Shown here in pieces: positions 39,147-48,697 of a stretch of 64,000 nt of DNA; the stretch's first letter is position 1; each line of letters begins with the position of its first letter. The DNA comes from Candidatus Latescibacterota bacterium (GTDB lineage Bacteria > Latescibacterota > UBA2968), in contig OZ242320.1 in the NCBI GenBank assembly GCA_965208125.1, positions 2,112,001 through 2,176,000 on the forward strand. The letters run 5' to 3'. The position numbers were made by a program, and so were the translations under genes. Below the pieces are notes generated by a model, which saw only the letters and a list, made by a program, of their open reading frames with translations, was not told the DNA's origin and did not search any database.

Positions 39147-40928
39147 ATGTTCTCTTTCTCTCCCAATGATTTTCTCGCCTGTAATGGCACGCGCATCGGT
39201 GCTGAGCATCTGCATGGGCGGATGCAAGTCCTGCGCGATGAGATCGAACCCGTCCTGACGAAACAGCATCCAGACCTCACGGCTGTTATTTCACCGGTTT
39301 ACACGACGACTAATTTTCGCTCCAATCCCGATCGGCCCCGGGATCATGCGTGTCTCTATTTTGTTGATCGCAAGCTGAAGAAGAGCGCGTTTCCCCGGTT
39401 GCCTCAGTTGGGTATTTATCTTCACCACAATGCCGTCGCTATAGGTTTTTACTCTGGCTGGTGGACTGCCGAGGCGATGCAAAAGGCGATTGCCGACCGC
39501 AAGAAGTTTCGCGGTTTGGTGCCGCGCAAGGGCTATCGCTGTTTGGCGGGTGATATTATCGTGGCGTCACCAGGTCGTTCCGTGCCCTGGTCGCCATCCA
39601 GGCTCGAGGGGGTTGATCGCTCGCTGTTTGTCGGTTCGATTCTCACGCCGGATGAAGCTGAGGTGCCGACTCTTGTTGAGGATATTAAGACGGTGATAGG
39701 GGATCTCTACGCGCTGTATGCGGTGTTTACAAGCGCGAGATACCAGACTTCTAAAAGCAGTATTGTGTACAATATGCCCGATCCCGCAGAAGCCGGTGTT
39801 GTGCGGGATGCACTTGTGCCTGTGGAGGCAGAGCTGTTGTGCGATCTTTACCGGTTTACGGCGCTGAAGAATTTCCATATTGAGGCGGGGATGTTGTTCA
39901 ATCTCTATCTGTGTTTGAAGACCAAACCTTTTCTTATTCTGGCGGGGATATCCGGGACGGGGAAGAGTACGGTGGTTCGGCTTTTGGCCGAGGCGATCAA
40001 TGGTCTCGATGAGGGGCGAGCGAGAGGATATCGCCTGATTCCCGTGCGCCCGGATTGGAATGATGTGCGCGATTTGCTCGGGTTTGAAAATTTGCTCACG
40101 GGGGTGTTTCGCCCGGGTGCGTTGCTTCAGGCGATGTGCGAAGCACAGGACGATCCGGATCGTCCCTATTTTGTGTGTTTGGACGAGATGAATCTCGCCC
40201 GTGTGGAACACTATTTTGCCGATTTTTTGAGTGTTATGGAGACGGCGAGGCGCACGCCCGATGGCGCGTGGACAACGGATCCTATTGAATTGGCGCAAGG
40301 GGGCGATGTTGTGTCAACTGATGAGATGGGAGAGTTGCCTGCGCGTTTGCCCATTCCGCCCAATTTGTTTGTGGCAGGTACGGTCAATATGGATGAGACG
40401 ACTTATGCGTTTAGCCCCAAGGTGCTGGACAGGGCGAATACGGTTGCTTTTGATCGCGTTGATCTGGGGTTGTCGGATTATGATCCCGAGGTGCAGATTG
40501 ATTCGACGGCTCTGCGCGCTCTGGGTGCAGCGCTTATTGACCGTCCCTATCGGCAGTTGGAAGATGTTCGTCACCGCGATGAGGTTGTTGCGTGGAATGA
40601 GCCGTTGGGGGAGATTAATGCGGTGCTCGCGGAGGAGGATTTGCATTTTGGCTATCGCATTCGCGATGAGGTTCTCATCTATATGGCGTATGCGCTCGAT
40701 TTGATTGAGGGGCTGCCGTCAAATGCGCCGGAGTTCGCGCCCCGAGATGCTTTTGATTATCAGATTTTACAAAAGATTCTCCCACGCCTGTCCGGCGCGG
40801 GTGATGAACTCGCAGGTTTGCTGGACGCACTTATCGCTTTTTGCGATTCCACATATCCCCGCTCAACACACAAACTCCAGCGCGTGAAACGTCGTCTTGA
40901 ACTCACGGGGTTTGTCAGTTTTTGGTAG
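39147..40928 (+). CDS. McrB-like AAA+ GTPase with an unrecognised N-terminal domain
   Basis: GISGTGKS, LDEMNLARVEHYFADFLS, GTVNMDET..SPKVLDRA, QKILPR. Confidence 0.9.
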   Translation: MFSFSPNDFLACNGTRIGAEHLHGRMQVLRDEIEPVLTKQHPDLTAVISPVYTTTNFRSNPDRPRDHACLYFVDRKLKKSAFPRLPQLGIYLHHNAVAIGFYSGWWTAEAMQKAIADRKKFRGLVPRKGYRCLAGDIIVASPGRSVPWSPSRLEGVDRSLFVGSILTPDEAEVPTLVEDIKTVIGDLYALYAVFTSARYQTSKSSIVYNMPDPAEAGVVRDALVPVEAELLCDLYRFTALKNFHIEAGMLFNLYLCLKTKPFLILAGISGTGKSTVVRLLAEAINGLDEGRARGYRLIPVRPDWNDVRDLLGFENLLTGVFRPGALLQAMCEAQDDPDRPYFVCLDEMNLARVEHYFADFLSVMETARRTPDGAWTTDPIELAQGGDVVSTDEMGELPARLPIPPNLFVAGTVNMDETTYAFSPKVLDRANTVAFDRVDLGLSDYDPEVQIDSTALRALGAALIDRPYRQLEDVRHRDEVVAWNEPLGEINAVLAEEDLHFGYRIRDEVLIYMAYALDLIEGLPSNAPEFAPRDAFDYQILQKILPRLSGAGDELAGLLDALIAFCDSTYPRSTHKLQRVKRRLELTGFVSFW

Positions 40929-40931
40929 GTC

Positions 40932-41252
40932 CTATTGTATGACAGATCTCGGTGTTGCGTTGAGGCGCGTTACTACGATGCGCTCCCGGTCAATCAGTGC
41001 GCCTACTTGATCGCTCAGCGTGTCGGTCCAATACGGGTCTTCATAGACGGCTTTGTAGAGTTGCTCTCTTTGTTCCTCGCTCTCGAATCGACGGATCCAC
41101 ACGTAGAGATCGTCTTCTTCTTCGCCGACAAAGCTGCCGATAACTACCATGCCTTTTGATATTTGAAATGGGATAATTTCACTTTCCATAAATGCAACCC
41201 ATTCTTCGCGTTTTCCAGGTTGGGTGCGATATTGACGTAGTTCGAAGAACAT
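40932..41252 (-). CDS. NIPSNAP family protein
   Basis: FFELRQY..PGKR, YVWIRRF. Confidence 0.85.
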   Translation of the reverse strand: MFFELRQYRTQPGKREEWVAFMESEIIPFQISKGMVVIGSFVGEEEDDLYVWIRRFESEEQREQLYKAVYEDPYWTDTLSDQVGALIDRERIVVTRLNATPRSVIQ

Positions 41253-41293
41253 GTTTTTCTCCTTTGTAAGTGTTGTGATGGGAATAATGAATC

Positions 41294-41521
41294 TCATGTC
41301 GAAGAAACAGACATAAGTCTGCGCTCTCGGTCTGCGGCAAATGCCAGGCAGGCACGAATGTCTTCTCGTGTAAGTTCGGGAAAGTCACTCAAAATTTCTT
41401 CAACAGACATGTCTGAAGCAAGATAGTCAAGCACGTCATAAACGGTGATCCGCATGCCGCGAATACACGGTTTCCCACTGCGTTTGCCCGGTTCAATGGT
41501 GATGATGTCCTGGTAGTCCAT
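41294..41521 (-). CDS. DUF433 antitoxin-like protein
   Basis: GKPCIRGMRITV..EEILSDFPELTREDIRACL. Confidence 0.9.
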   Translation of the reverse strand: MDYQDIITIEPGKRSGKPCIRGMRITVYDVLDYLASDMSVEEILSDFPELTREDIRACLAFAADRERRLMSVSST

Positions 41522-41544
41522 TGTCTTCCTTTTTTAGAGACGAT

Positions 41545-42633
41545 TTAAATTTGTTCATACCACCGCACATTGCCCGTGGACATGCCGCTTGCGGCGATGT
41601 CCAATTTGCCGTTGCCGCTGAGGTCTTCGATTGCCATTTGCCCCATGCCAATGCGGTTGTCGATTTGTTCAATGCTCCATGTGCCCGCTTCCAGGTTCTC
41701 CGGGCGATAGATGTGGAGGGCTGTGCCGGGTCCGTTGTATCCGGCGATGACTTCCAGTGCGTTGTCTCTGTCTATGTCGCCACACCACAGGGAGTGTCCG
41801 CGGTTGAGTTTGTCGCTGATCAGGTGCCGTTCCCACGCGCCTGTTCGGATGTCGCCGGTGGCTTTGTACCAGACGAGTTCATTGCCGTGCCAGGGTTCGA
41901 TGGAGAGTATTTCATTGATGCCATCGCCATCCATATCTACGGCAAAGGTTTCGCTGCTTTCGCGGGAACTTATGGTCCATCGGTTCCATTTTTCCGCGAA
42001 TCCATCCCCTTTGGGCGGCTCAAACCAGATCAGGCCGTCGCGTGTGCCGAGTAGTAAGTCCATGCGGCCATCGCCATCTACGTCGCATACGCTCAGGCCG
42101 TGATTGAGTCTCAATTGTCCGTCGATTAATCGCTTTTCCCACGGTTCATTTACCGGGTCTTGTGGTACGCGATAACACCACAATTCACCCGGCGCATCAA
42201 AGTCGTTGATCTGGCTTCCCGGTCCTTGCAATGTTGCGACAAATAGCAGGGGTTGACCGTTGACTTCTACCATTGCAATGCGGTGTGAATAGGGTACCCA
42301 GTCGATGAAGTGTTGGGTCCATATATTGCTGTGTTCAGGTGTTTGAAACCAGTGTAGATACTCCGGCGGGATCCGCTGTCTTCGCCCAAATCCGCTGCTC
42401 GCAATCACGTCTTTTCGACCGTTGCCCGTGACGTCGAATACCGATAGTGCAATGGTGCCGGGGTGCGCTTCTGATATGATTTGTTTTTCAAAATGGGGTC
42501 CTTCGTACAGGGCGATCATCGAGGTTCCCATAGAACCGGCTACGATGTCCAGGTGTCCGTTGTCTGTGACATCGGCGACTGTCATGCCATAGGCGCTGCG
42601 GATATTGTCGTCAATTTCGTGAATTATGAACAT
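41545..42633 (-). CDS. FG-GAP/VCBS repeat beta-propeller protein
   Basis: Repeated DxDGDG..DI motifs; IEPWHGN. Confidence 0.8.
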   Translation of the reverse strand: MFIIHEIDDNIRSAYGMTVADVTDNGHLDIVAGSMGTSMIALYEGPHFEKQIISEAHPGTIALSVFDVTGNGRKDVIASSGFGRRQRIPPEYLHWFQTPEHSNIWTQHFIDWVPYSHRIAMVEVNGQPLLFVATLQGPGSQINDFDAPGELWCYRVPQDPVNEPWEKRLIDGQLRLNHGLSVCDVDGDGRMDLLLGTRDGLIWFEPPKGDGFAEKWNRWTISSRESSETFAVDMDGDGINEILSIEPWHGNELVWYKATGDIRTGAWERHLISDKLNRGHSLWCGDIDRDNALEVIAGYNGPGTALHIYRPENLEAGTWSIEQIDNRIGMGQMAIEDLSGNGKLDIAASGMSTGNVRWYEQI

Positions 42634-42689
42634 TTGTTTTCCTATTTTGACTGTTCTCCTCATCGCTAATGGCTCAATATACCGCGTGT

Positions 42690-43799
42690 TCAGGGTAAAA
42701 TCAAATGTAGATCGCCGAATTCGTGCCACAAATAATTTTTGTTGAGTGCGGCTTCATAAGTCAGTTTCAGGTGATCTAATCCCGCCAATGCCTGGAGCAT
42801 GGATAGATGTGTGGCACTCGGTTCGTGCATTCCGGTGAGTAAACTATCTACGATCTGCATGGGGCGGTCGGGTGAGATTATCAGGGATGTCCATCCTTCG
42901 CCCTGAGAGACATGGCCGGTTTTATCGGCTACGGTCTCGAGTGCGCGCACGACTGTTGTGCCAACGGCGATGATCCGTCCGCCGTTTTTTCGCGCGTTGT
43001 TGATTACTTGCGCTGTTTCGGCTGGTACGCGGTAGTATTCTTCATAAGGCGGTTCATCGGCTTCCAGGCTCGCCACGCCGGTGTGTAAGATCAGGGGGGC
43101 AATTTGTATGCCTTTTGCGACCAGTTTTGTGATGATTTTGGGTGTGAATGCTCTGCCGGCTGATGGCATTTCAGCGCTGCCCACTTCTGTTGCATATACG
43201 GTTTGATAATAGTCAATGGGCCAGTCGTTTTGCACATAGCCATACCGGATGGGCATGCCGTATATGTCCAGGTAGGTGTCCAGGTCATAGGGTAGATTCA
43301 GGGTTGCAATCCACAGGCGAACAGGGGCGTCGGGGTTGTGCCGCAGTTCGGAGCGATAGGGGGCGTGTAGTTGTGCCGATCCACTGCCGGGTAATGTGAA
43401 GACTTCGCCTGCTTGTGCGCGGGAAAAAGGCTGTGTTGCTATACCATTGGGTTGACGTATTTCAACTGCCCACATGTTGGCGGGCAGTTGCGTTGATAGA
43501 TGTAGTCTGAGTTCTGTTCCATCGGGCCGAATGATGGGCAAAGATGCTTTGCGCGTGCCACTGGTGTTGATGACGACTACGTCGCCCGCATGGAGCACGT
43601 CGGGCAGGTCGCGAAATGCGATGTGTTCAATCGCATCATCACTTCGCCAGGAGACCATCAACCGAACCTGGTCCCGGCTGAGGCCACGCGCTTCGGGCGG
43701 TTCGCCCGCTTCCAGGTTGGATGGCAGATCAAATGTCAGGGAGTCCAGTCTGGAATCTACCATTGTGATGGGGAGTACTGTGTTGGGTATTATGGACAT
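42690..43799 (-). CDS. QueA-family SAM:tRNA ribosyltransferase-isomerase-like protein
   Basis: YQTVYA..GSAEMPSAGRAF, AVGTTVVRALE, TGMHEP, WHEFGDLHLI. Confidence 0.85.
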   Translation of the reverse strand: MSIIPNTVLPITMVDSRLDSLTFDLPSNLEAGEPPEARGLSRDQVRLMVSWRSDDAIEHIAFRDLPDVLHAGDVVVINTSGTRKASLPIIRPDGTELRLHLSTQLPANMWAVEIRQPNGIATQPFSRAQAGEVFTLPGSGSAQLHAPYRSELRHNPDAPVRLWIATLNLPYDLDTYLDIYGMPIRYGYVQNDWPIDYYQTVYATEVGSAEMPSAGRAFTPKIITKLVAKGIQIAPLILHTGVASLEADEPPYEEYYRVPAETAQVINNARKNGGRIIAVGTTVVRALETVADKTGHVSQGEGWTSLIISPDRPMQIVDSLLTGMHEPSATHLSMLQALAGLDHLKLTYEAALNKNYLWHEFGDLHLILP

Positions 43800-43813
43800 G
43801 AGATGTCTCCTTT

Positions 43814-44515
43814 CTATTTTGCGAGGGCGGTGAGTAGTTCGCGTGCGGCATAGCGTCCACTGGGATAATTGCTTTCTATGAGTTCGATAAATCCCGGTAC
43901 ACTGGTTTCCGGCAAGGGGCGGTCGCTGATGTCTTCAAAGGGGAATGCTTCTCGGTGCATTTGCGTTCGCATGTCGCCGGGATCTACCCAGTAGATGCGC
44001 CAGTCGGGGCGTTCTGTTGCGAGTACGTTGGAGAGTTGTTCAAGCGCGGCTTTAGAGGAGCCGTATCCGCCCCAGCCCGGGTACGCTTCGCGCGCGGCAT
44101 CGCTGGTGATGTTGATTACGCGAGCATCTGGCTTTAATGTGTGTTGTAGCGCCTGGAGCACGCCCAGGGGCGCGATTGCGTTGGCGCGATAGACGTCTGC
44201 CAAAGTATCGAGCGGGTAATCGAGCAGTTCGGGCTGGGGACTCGGTCCCAATATGCCCGCGTTGTTGATTACGGTGTCCAGGCCGCCTATTTCTTTTGCC
44301 GCGTGCGCCAGTGCTTTCCGGTGTTTGGCGTCTGTTACGTCTCCGGCGATGGCGATGACTTCGGTCCATTTGCTCAGTTCTTTGCGCGCGTGTTCGAGTG
44401 CGTCTGCGCCTCTTGCGTCGATGATCAGCCGCCAATTTTGCTGTGCGAGTTCGCGTGCGAGAGCCAGACCCAGGCCACGAGATGCGCCGGTGATGAGAGC
44501 TGTTCGTTCTGACAT
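43814..44515 (-). CDS. Short-chain dehydrogenase/reductase
   Basis: TGASRGLG, NNAG, YGSSK. Confidence 0.92.
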   Translation of the reverse strand: MSERTALITGASRGLGLALARELAQQNWRLIIDARGADALEHARKELSKWTEVIAIAGDVTDAKHRKALAHAAKEIGGLDTVINNAGILGPSPQPELLDYPLDTLADVYRANAIAPLGVLQALQHTLKPDARVINITSDAAREAYPGWGGYGSSKAALEQLSNVLATERPDWRIYWVDPGDMRTQMHREAFPFEDISDRPLPETSVPGFIELIESNYPSGRYAARELLTALAK

Positions 44516-44572
44516 TTTGAATCCTCCTGTAAGGGTGAGAGCCTGTCTGTTTGTTGTGGTCAAAATTTATCA

Positions 44573-44604
44573 TAAAAAAAAGCCCTCTGCATCGCACAGA
44601 GGGC
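44573..44604 (-). terminator. Intrinsic terminator between the phosphotransferase and SDR genes
   Basis: Minus strand GCCCTCTG-TGCGATG-CAGAGGGC followed by a T run. Confidence 0.75.
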
Positions 44605-44674
44605 GTGTTTGATACCCGTTCTTTAGGACAGGAGAGGGCCTGTCTATTTTATCGAGAATTTAGTTATTGCAGGT

Positions 44675-45736
44675 CTATCCGAGTAGCGCACCACAATCCC
44701 AATCCTTATACGCTTTCATCGCATTTTGAACGGAGAATGCGCGCTTCCATAAGATCGGACAGAAGACACACGATAGCACGGATAGGCGATAATCGTACTC
44801 GAATTGGTCTCGGCTGTAATTTTCGATGTCTCCGGCCACGAGTTTTTTATAGTAAAAATCCATGAGTAGGCCTTCGAGTACTTTTCGTTCAGATGTCCCG
44901 TGGATCAGCATGTAGGCGAGGTCGTAAGCACCAAGTCCTCGTTTATAGGTTTCCCAATCGAAGAGAATGATCCGGTGCTTTGATGAGTCCTTCGGATAAA
45001 ACAGGTTCCACAGATGCGCGTCACCGTGTAGCATTGTGATGTTTTTTCCATTTGCGACACGCGCGAGGAATACATCTGGATATCCGTGAATCACGCGCTC
45101 CATTATTTCGATGTGAGAGGGATTGAGGTCGTCTCCCAGTTCTCGTGTCAGTGGTTTCAGGGCTTTTTCAAAGCTGGCGCAGCTATCGCGCACGTCTTTT
45201 TCCGATATCGCCTGAGCCATGCGAAGTGGACCACCGGCCTGCATCATGAATGGCCACTCGTCCAAACGTGGATCATTCCACCATCGGATGTGATATTTGA
45301 GCAGTTCTTCAATTACGGCTTTGTGAAGTTGTTCGGTGGCCTCCTTTGGCCCATCTTTATGTGTCACCGATAGGTCTGGCATGAGATAGTGGCAATTTTT
45401 CTCATTGTGATCGAATCCACAGTCAAAAACAGGACAGATAGACGCATCAGGCGTTTTTGGCGCGAGTTCATTGTAAAATGTCCATTCGACGACTCCGCCC
45501 CCGAACCATCCCTTTCGATAGACCTTTAACACGATCGCATTTGGAATATCACCCACGTAGTCTTCGCTGAATGTCAGCGAGAGCCTGTCCCATTCCGCGC
45601 ACGACGATCCGAATGAGTCCGTTTTTTCGATGGATGTGACCGAACCCGATTTCAGAAATCCGTTGCGACCAAATCGATCCGTTAGTAACGCAGGTGTCAG
45701 TTGTTCGGCATGGGTGATGGGTTCCGATAATTTCAT
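44675..45736 (-). CDS. APH/EcKinase-like phosphotransferase
   Basis: HGDAHLWN, LFDWE, DLAY. Confidence 0.85.
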   Translation of the reverse strand: MKLSEPITHAEQLTPALLTDRFGRNGFLKSGSVTSIEKTDSFGSSCAEWDRLSLTFSEDYVGDIPNAIVLKVYRKGWFGGGVVEWTFYNELAPKTPDASICPVFDCGFDHNEKNCHYLMPDLSVTHKDGPKEATEQLHKAVIEELLKYHIRWWNDPRLDEWPFMMQAGGPLRMAQAISEKDVRDSCASFEKALKPLTRELGDDLNPSHIEIMERVIHGYPDVFLARVANGKNITMLHGDAHLWNLFYPKDSSKHRIILFDWETYKRGLGAYDLAYMLIHGTSERKVLEGLLMDFYYKKLVAGDIENYSRDQFEYDYRLSVLSCVFCPILWKRAFSVQNAMKAYKDWDCGALLG

Positions 45737-45904
45737 TAGCTTTTTTTAATAAAGATGTACGGAAGGAATACAGATTGTTTTGTCTTCATACAAAGATCAT
45801 GCTATTATGCGTTCCATGCGAACCTGCATGATTGCGACAAAATCGTTGTTATTGAAAATAAAGCCAGAGTTTTGCGTGGCGTCAAGGGTGAAAAGGAGAA
45901 AATT

Positions 45905-47533
45905 ATGTCTGGTATAGATGTGGGACAGATTGGATGGAAGGCTGAGAGTAAGACGGGTGTTGTGGCAGCGGGTGGCGCAGGTGCTGTGGCAGCGGGTGTT
46001 GAGATTCTGGATAGGGGGGGCAATGCGGCCGATGCAGCCGCGGCGACTATTTTTGCGCTGAATGTTACGGATCACGGCGCGTGTTCGATTGGCGGGGAGG
46101 TTCCGCTTCTTATTTATGATGCTGGGACTTCGGAGGTTAAGGCATTGAGCGGGCAGGGACGGGCACCGCGGTCTCAGGAGGCGATTGACTGGTATATGAA
46201 GAATGGTATTCCGGGGGATGGGGATATGAAGATGGCGCCCGTGCCTTCGGTTGTGGATTTGTGTATTACGACGCTCAGGCGATACGGTACGATGTCGTTT
46301 GAAGAGATTATCGCGCCTGTGCTTGCTCTGCTCGATGCGGGGGAGGATGACTGGCATCCCAATCTTGCGAGGACGTTGCGAAAACTCGTTGAGGAGGAGC
46401 ATCTCGCGTCGGGGAGCCGGGAGGAGAAGTTGCAGGCTGCCGCGGATCGCTTTTACGGGCGGAATAAGTACCGCAATGATATTGCCGAGGAGCTTGAGGC
46501 TTTTTATGTCGCAAAGGGGGGCTTTTTGCGTCGGGAAGATCTGGCGACGCATATTACGACGATTGAAGATCCAGTTACGGTTTCTTATCGGGGGTACACG
46601 GTTTGCAAATGTGGACCGTGGACGCAGGGGCCTTATTTGTGTCAGGCACTGCGCTTGCTCGAGAAGTTCGATGTCAAAGCGATGGGCCATCTTTCGGCGG
46701 ATTATATTCACGTTGTTACGGAAGCGATCAAACTGGCGATGGCGGACCGCGATGCGTATTATGCCGATCCCGATTTTTCGGGTGTGCCTCTGGGGGGATT
46801 GCTTTCCGATGCGTACACGGATTTGCGCGTGCCACTTATCGATATGCAAGCGGCTTCTCTGGAGGCGCGTCCGGGTGATCCGTATCTGATGCAGCCGGTT
46901 AAAGAAGGCGGTGTGTTCCGTCCTGGCATTGGGGGGACGACGACCTGTGTGGTGGCGGATCGCTGGGGCAATGTGGTCGCGGCAACGCCGAGTGCCAATG
47001 TTCACCGTCCCACGATTGATGGGGGAAGTATGGGGGTTACTTATGGGAATCGTTTGCGGAGTCTGAATACGACGGCGGGGCATCCGAATTGTATCCAGCC
47101 GGGGAAGCGCCCGCGCATTACGCTGACGCCTACGCTGGTTCTGAAAGATGGGCGACCGATTCTCGGGATTAGCGTTGCGGGTGGGGATTTGCAAGATCAG
47201 ACGACGTTGAATTTGTTGCTGGATTTTGTCGAGTTTGGGATTATGCCGGAGGAGGCTGTTACTGCGCCCCGTTTTGCCACAGCGCATCACAACGATTCTT
47301 TTGATCCCAATCCCATCCGCGAGCAGACGTTCAAACAGGCGGGGTCGCTGACGCTGAATGATGCGATAGATCAGGATGTGCAGGACGATCTCGCCAGTCG
47401 GGGACATCAGGTTGAGGCGAAAGCATCTAATATTGCGACGCCTGTTATGGTTTATGTGGATCGGGAAGAGGGCGTATATTACGCCGCAGGCGATCCCAAA
47501 GCGGGGCGTCACGCCGCGGGGTTGGAGTTTTGA
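45905..47533 (+). CDS. ggt: Gamma-glutamyltransferase family protein
   Basis: GGNAADAA, GTTTCVVAD nucleophile, PGKRPR, DP. Confidence 0.85.
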   Translation: MSGIDVGQIGWKAESKTGVVAAGGAGAVAAGVEILDRGGNAADAAAATIFALNVTDHGACSIGGEVPLLIYDAGTSEVKALSGQGRAPRSQEAIDWYMKNGIPGDGDMKMAPVPSVVDLCITTLRRYGTMSFEEIIAPVLALLDAGEDDWHPNLARTLRKLVEEEHLASGSREEKLQAAADRFYGRNKYRNDIAEELEAFYVAKGGFLRREDLATHITTIEDPVTVSYRGYTVCKCGPWTQGPYLCQALRLLEKFDVKAMGHLSADYIHVVTEAIKLAMADRDAYYADPDFSGVPLGGLLSDAYTDLRVPLIDMQAASLEARPGDPYLMQPVKEGGVFRPGIGGTTTCVVADRWGNVVAATPSANVHRPTIDGGSMGVTYGNRLRSLNTTAGHPNCIQPGKRPRITLTPTLVLKDGRPILGISVAGGDLQDQTTLNLLLDFVEFGIMPEEAVTAPRFATAHHNDSFDPNPIREQTFKQAGSLTLNDAIDQDVQDDLASRGHQVEAKASNIATPVMVYVDREEGVYYAAGDPKAGRHAAGLEF

Positions 47534-47547
47534 CTTTTTTATACCTC

Positions 47548-47576
47548 TTGATCATGGCATGGTTAAGGGCTATATT
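47548..47576 (+). promoter_or_regulatory. Sigma70-like promoter for the HEPN/MNT pair
   Basis: TTGATC-17 bp-TATATT. Confidence 0.55.
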
Positions 47577-47628
47577 AAAATGGTGCTAATTTCCTGTTTT
47601 ATCAGAACAATTTGAGTGAAAAATTATA

Positions 47629-48057
47629 TTGAATACCGAAGCTGCAAAATCCCTATCTTATGCAAAGCAACATCTGGAACGCGTCCGCGCAGCATGGGAC
47701 GATCCTACTGATTGGGCAGACCTTACAATTTATGGGTTTTACTGTCTTGAAGCGGCTATTGTCGCGGCAGGCTTACATATAGGTCTGGATTTCCAAAGAT
47801 CCCATACAGATAAAGCTGAAATAGCGCGTAAGCTTTTTCAATCTCATGGATTGCCAGATGTTGCCGATTTTCTTTGGGATCTGAATACGGCTCGTAAAGC
47901 TTCGGCTTATGGCGATGTAGATTTTCCAGATTTGGATGCACAGGACGTGGCTGATAAACTTGAAGAATATGTGGAAGCAGTTTCTGCATTATTGGGAGAT
48001 GGATCAAATGATCAGGATGATCAGAAATCTGACGAGCAATCGTCCGAAGAACATTGA
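47629..48057 (+). CDS. HEPN domain protein
   Basis: GFYCLEAA, RSH, ARKASAY (Rx4Y). Confidence 0.7.
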   Translation: MNTEAAKSLSYAKQHLERVRAAWDDPTDWADLTIYGFYCLEAAIVAAGLHIGLDFQRSHTDKAEIARKLFQSHGLPDVADFLWDLNTARKASAYGDVDFPDLDAQDVADKLEEYVEAVSALLGDGSNDQDDQKSDEQSSEEH

Positions 48058-48691
48058 TTCATTGCGCTTTCTCAAAACGATTGATAAATGGCCCAGTACC
48101 TATGCGAAAGAGTGGGTCGAAAATTTTGTACCCAGATTGTGCAGGCAACCCGATATCTGGGCGATTGTGATTTTTGGTTCTGTTATTCGCCAAAATGTCA
48201 AATACTGCCTGGATGTTGACTTGTTGATTATTTATCAGAATGATAGGCCAAATTTTGCGTCTCCCCCCCTTGATGTTGATATCAGGTCATATTGTCGAGA
48301 GGATGTAGAGTCTCTTATTACAGAGGGGCACGAGGTTTTGGGATGGACAATTCGTTTTGGAAAGGTTCTTTACGAGAAAGATAAGTATTGGTCAAACTTG
48401 TGTGACAAATGGAAAGATCATCTTCCTTCGCCCTCTGCAAAAGTGGCGGATAAACGTGCCGAAAGAGCGAAGCAGCTTTTTGAGGATATTAAAGTGATTG
48501 GTGACGAGGATGCAGCAGAGGAACAATTTATCGCGATGTTGACACAAATGGCGCGTGCATGTCTAATCAGGTCAGGTATTTATCCCGCATCCCGTCCTGA
48601 ACTACCAGATCAGTTAAAATCTGTTGGGAAATACTGTCTTGCCTCTCAATTGGAAGAGGTTTTACAGAAACGCCGTGAATTGAAAGTATGA
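48008..48691 (+). CDS. Nucleotidyltransferase (MNT-like) with a helical C-terminal extension; start uncertain
   Basis: IVIFGSVIR..DVDLLII..DVDI. Confidence 0.78.
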   Translation: MIRMIRNLTSNRPKNIDSLRFLKTIDKWPSTYAKEWVENFVPRLCRQPDIWAIVIFGSVIRQNVKYCLDVDLLIIYQNDRPNFASPPLDVDIRSYCREDVESLITEGHEVLGWTIRFGKVLYEKDKYWSNLCDKWKDHLPSPSAKVADKRAERAKQLFEDIKVIGDEDAAEEQFIAMLTQMARACLIRSGIYPASRPELPDQLKSVGKYCLASQLEEVLQKRRELKV

Positions 48692-48697
48692 TCTCAT

